This document shows positions 63,508 to 64,000 of a DNA stretch of 64,000 bases, in pieces (position 1 is the first letter of the stretch; the number at the start of each line of letters is the position of its first letter). Origin of the DNA: Flaccisagitta enflata (taxonomy: Eukaryota). The position numbers were made by a program, and so were the translations under genes. Below the pieces are notes generated by a model. That model was given only the letters and a program-made list of their open reading frames with translations, searched no databases and was not told the origin of the DNA. The stretch is taken from positions 23,374,001 through 23,438,000 of the forward strand of contig OZ231126.1 in NCBI GenBank assembly GCA_965153355.1, read 5' to 3'.

Positions 63508-64000
63508 GACAGATAGACAAACAGGGCGATCGAAACAGAAAGGCAAGCATGATTAAGACGGCTTTCTTTGGCATATACTGACAGAATTTTATTGTTTTGA
63601 CTCCGGGGTCGGGTGATTAAGTTAATATGCATTTTACTAAAACATAAATAGTCGTGGGTGGGCAGAAGCAGTGCTAGAGAAATTCACTGGGTCATCGGGC
63701 AGGAGCTGTATGCTCAAAAAGCTCAAAAACGCCAAAAAAGTAAAAAGGGGACCGACCAACCAACCGACGGACTGACATAGCAGGGCGTAGAGTCGCGTAG
63801 CACGCGACTGAAAATCGGAATTTAAGTCAGTATGACAGCAAAAAGTTCCCTGGTATCGTGAGATTGATGCAATAGCACCCAGTAATATTTGTTTCTTGTA
63901 GTCATTTAAAGGCCGGCTTTTTTTTTCAGTTCAATTAAAACCAATTGTCATTTTTTGTTTTAATATGCTTCATGATCAATTAGTAAAAGTTCTTAATTAT

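Overview
Repeat-saturated eukaryotic genomic DNA, most likely from an invertebrate animal. There are no prokaryotic features, rRNA, tRNA or CRISPR arrays. The centrepiece is a ~13.2 kb BEL/Pao LTR retrotransposon (15926-29109, + strand) with ~0.92 kb LTRs. It has a very long glutamine-rich gag, separated from pol by one in-frame UGA-C followed by a strong stem-loop (candidate programmed readthrough). Pol is frameshifted with domain order PR-RT-RH-IN. An unusual ~3.5 kb accessory region between pol and the 3' LTR carries non-env ORFs and sense-strand intron signals. The element abuts a probable host terminal exon (minus strand, Cys cluster plus PPNY motif); two probable host exons encoding a signal-peptide protein lie on its other side. 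The rest is nested non-autonomous mobile DNA: about 30 Helentron/DINE-1-like elements (some carrying satellite arrays), a 4 kb Chapaev-like transposon derivative with a 4-bp TSD and a transposase relic, a 5 kb foldback element, hAT derivatives, many TA-flanked MITEs, a young 5'-truncated LINE with a 9-bp TSD, and many microsatellites. All calls are by eye with no database searches; repeat boundaries are approximate unless TSDs are quoted.
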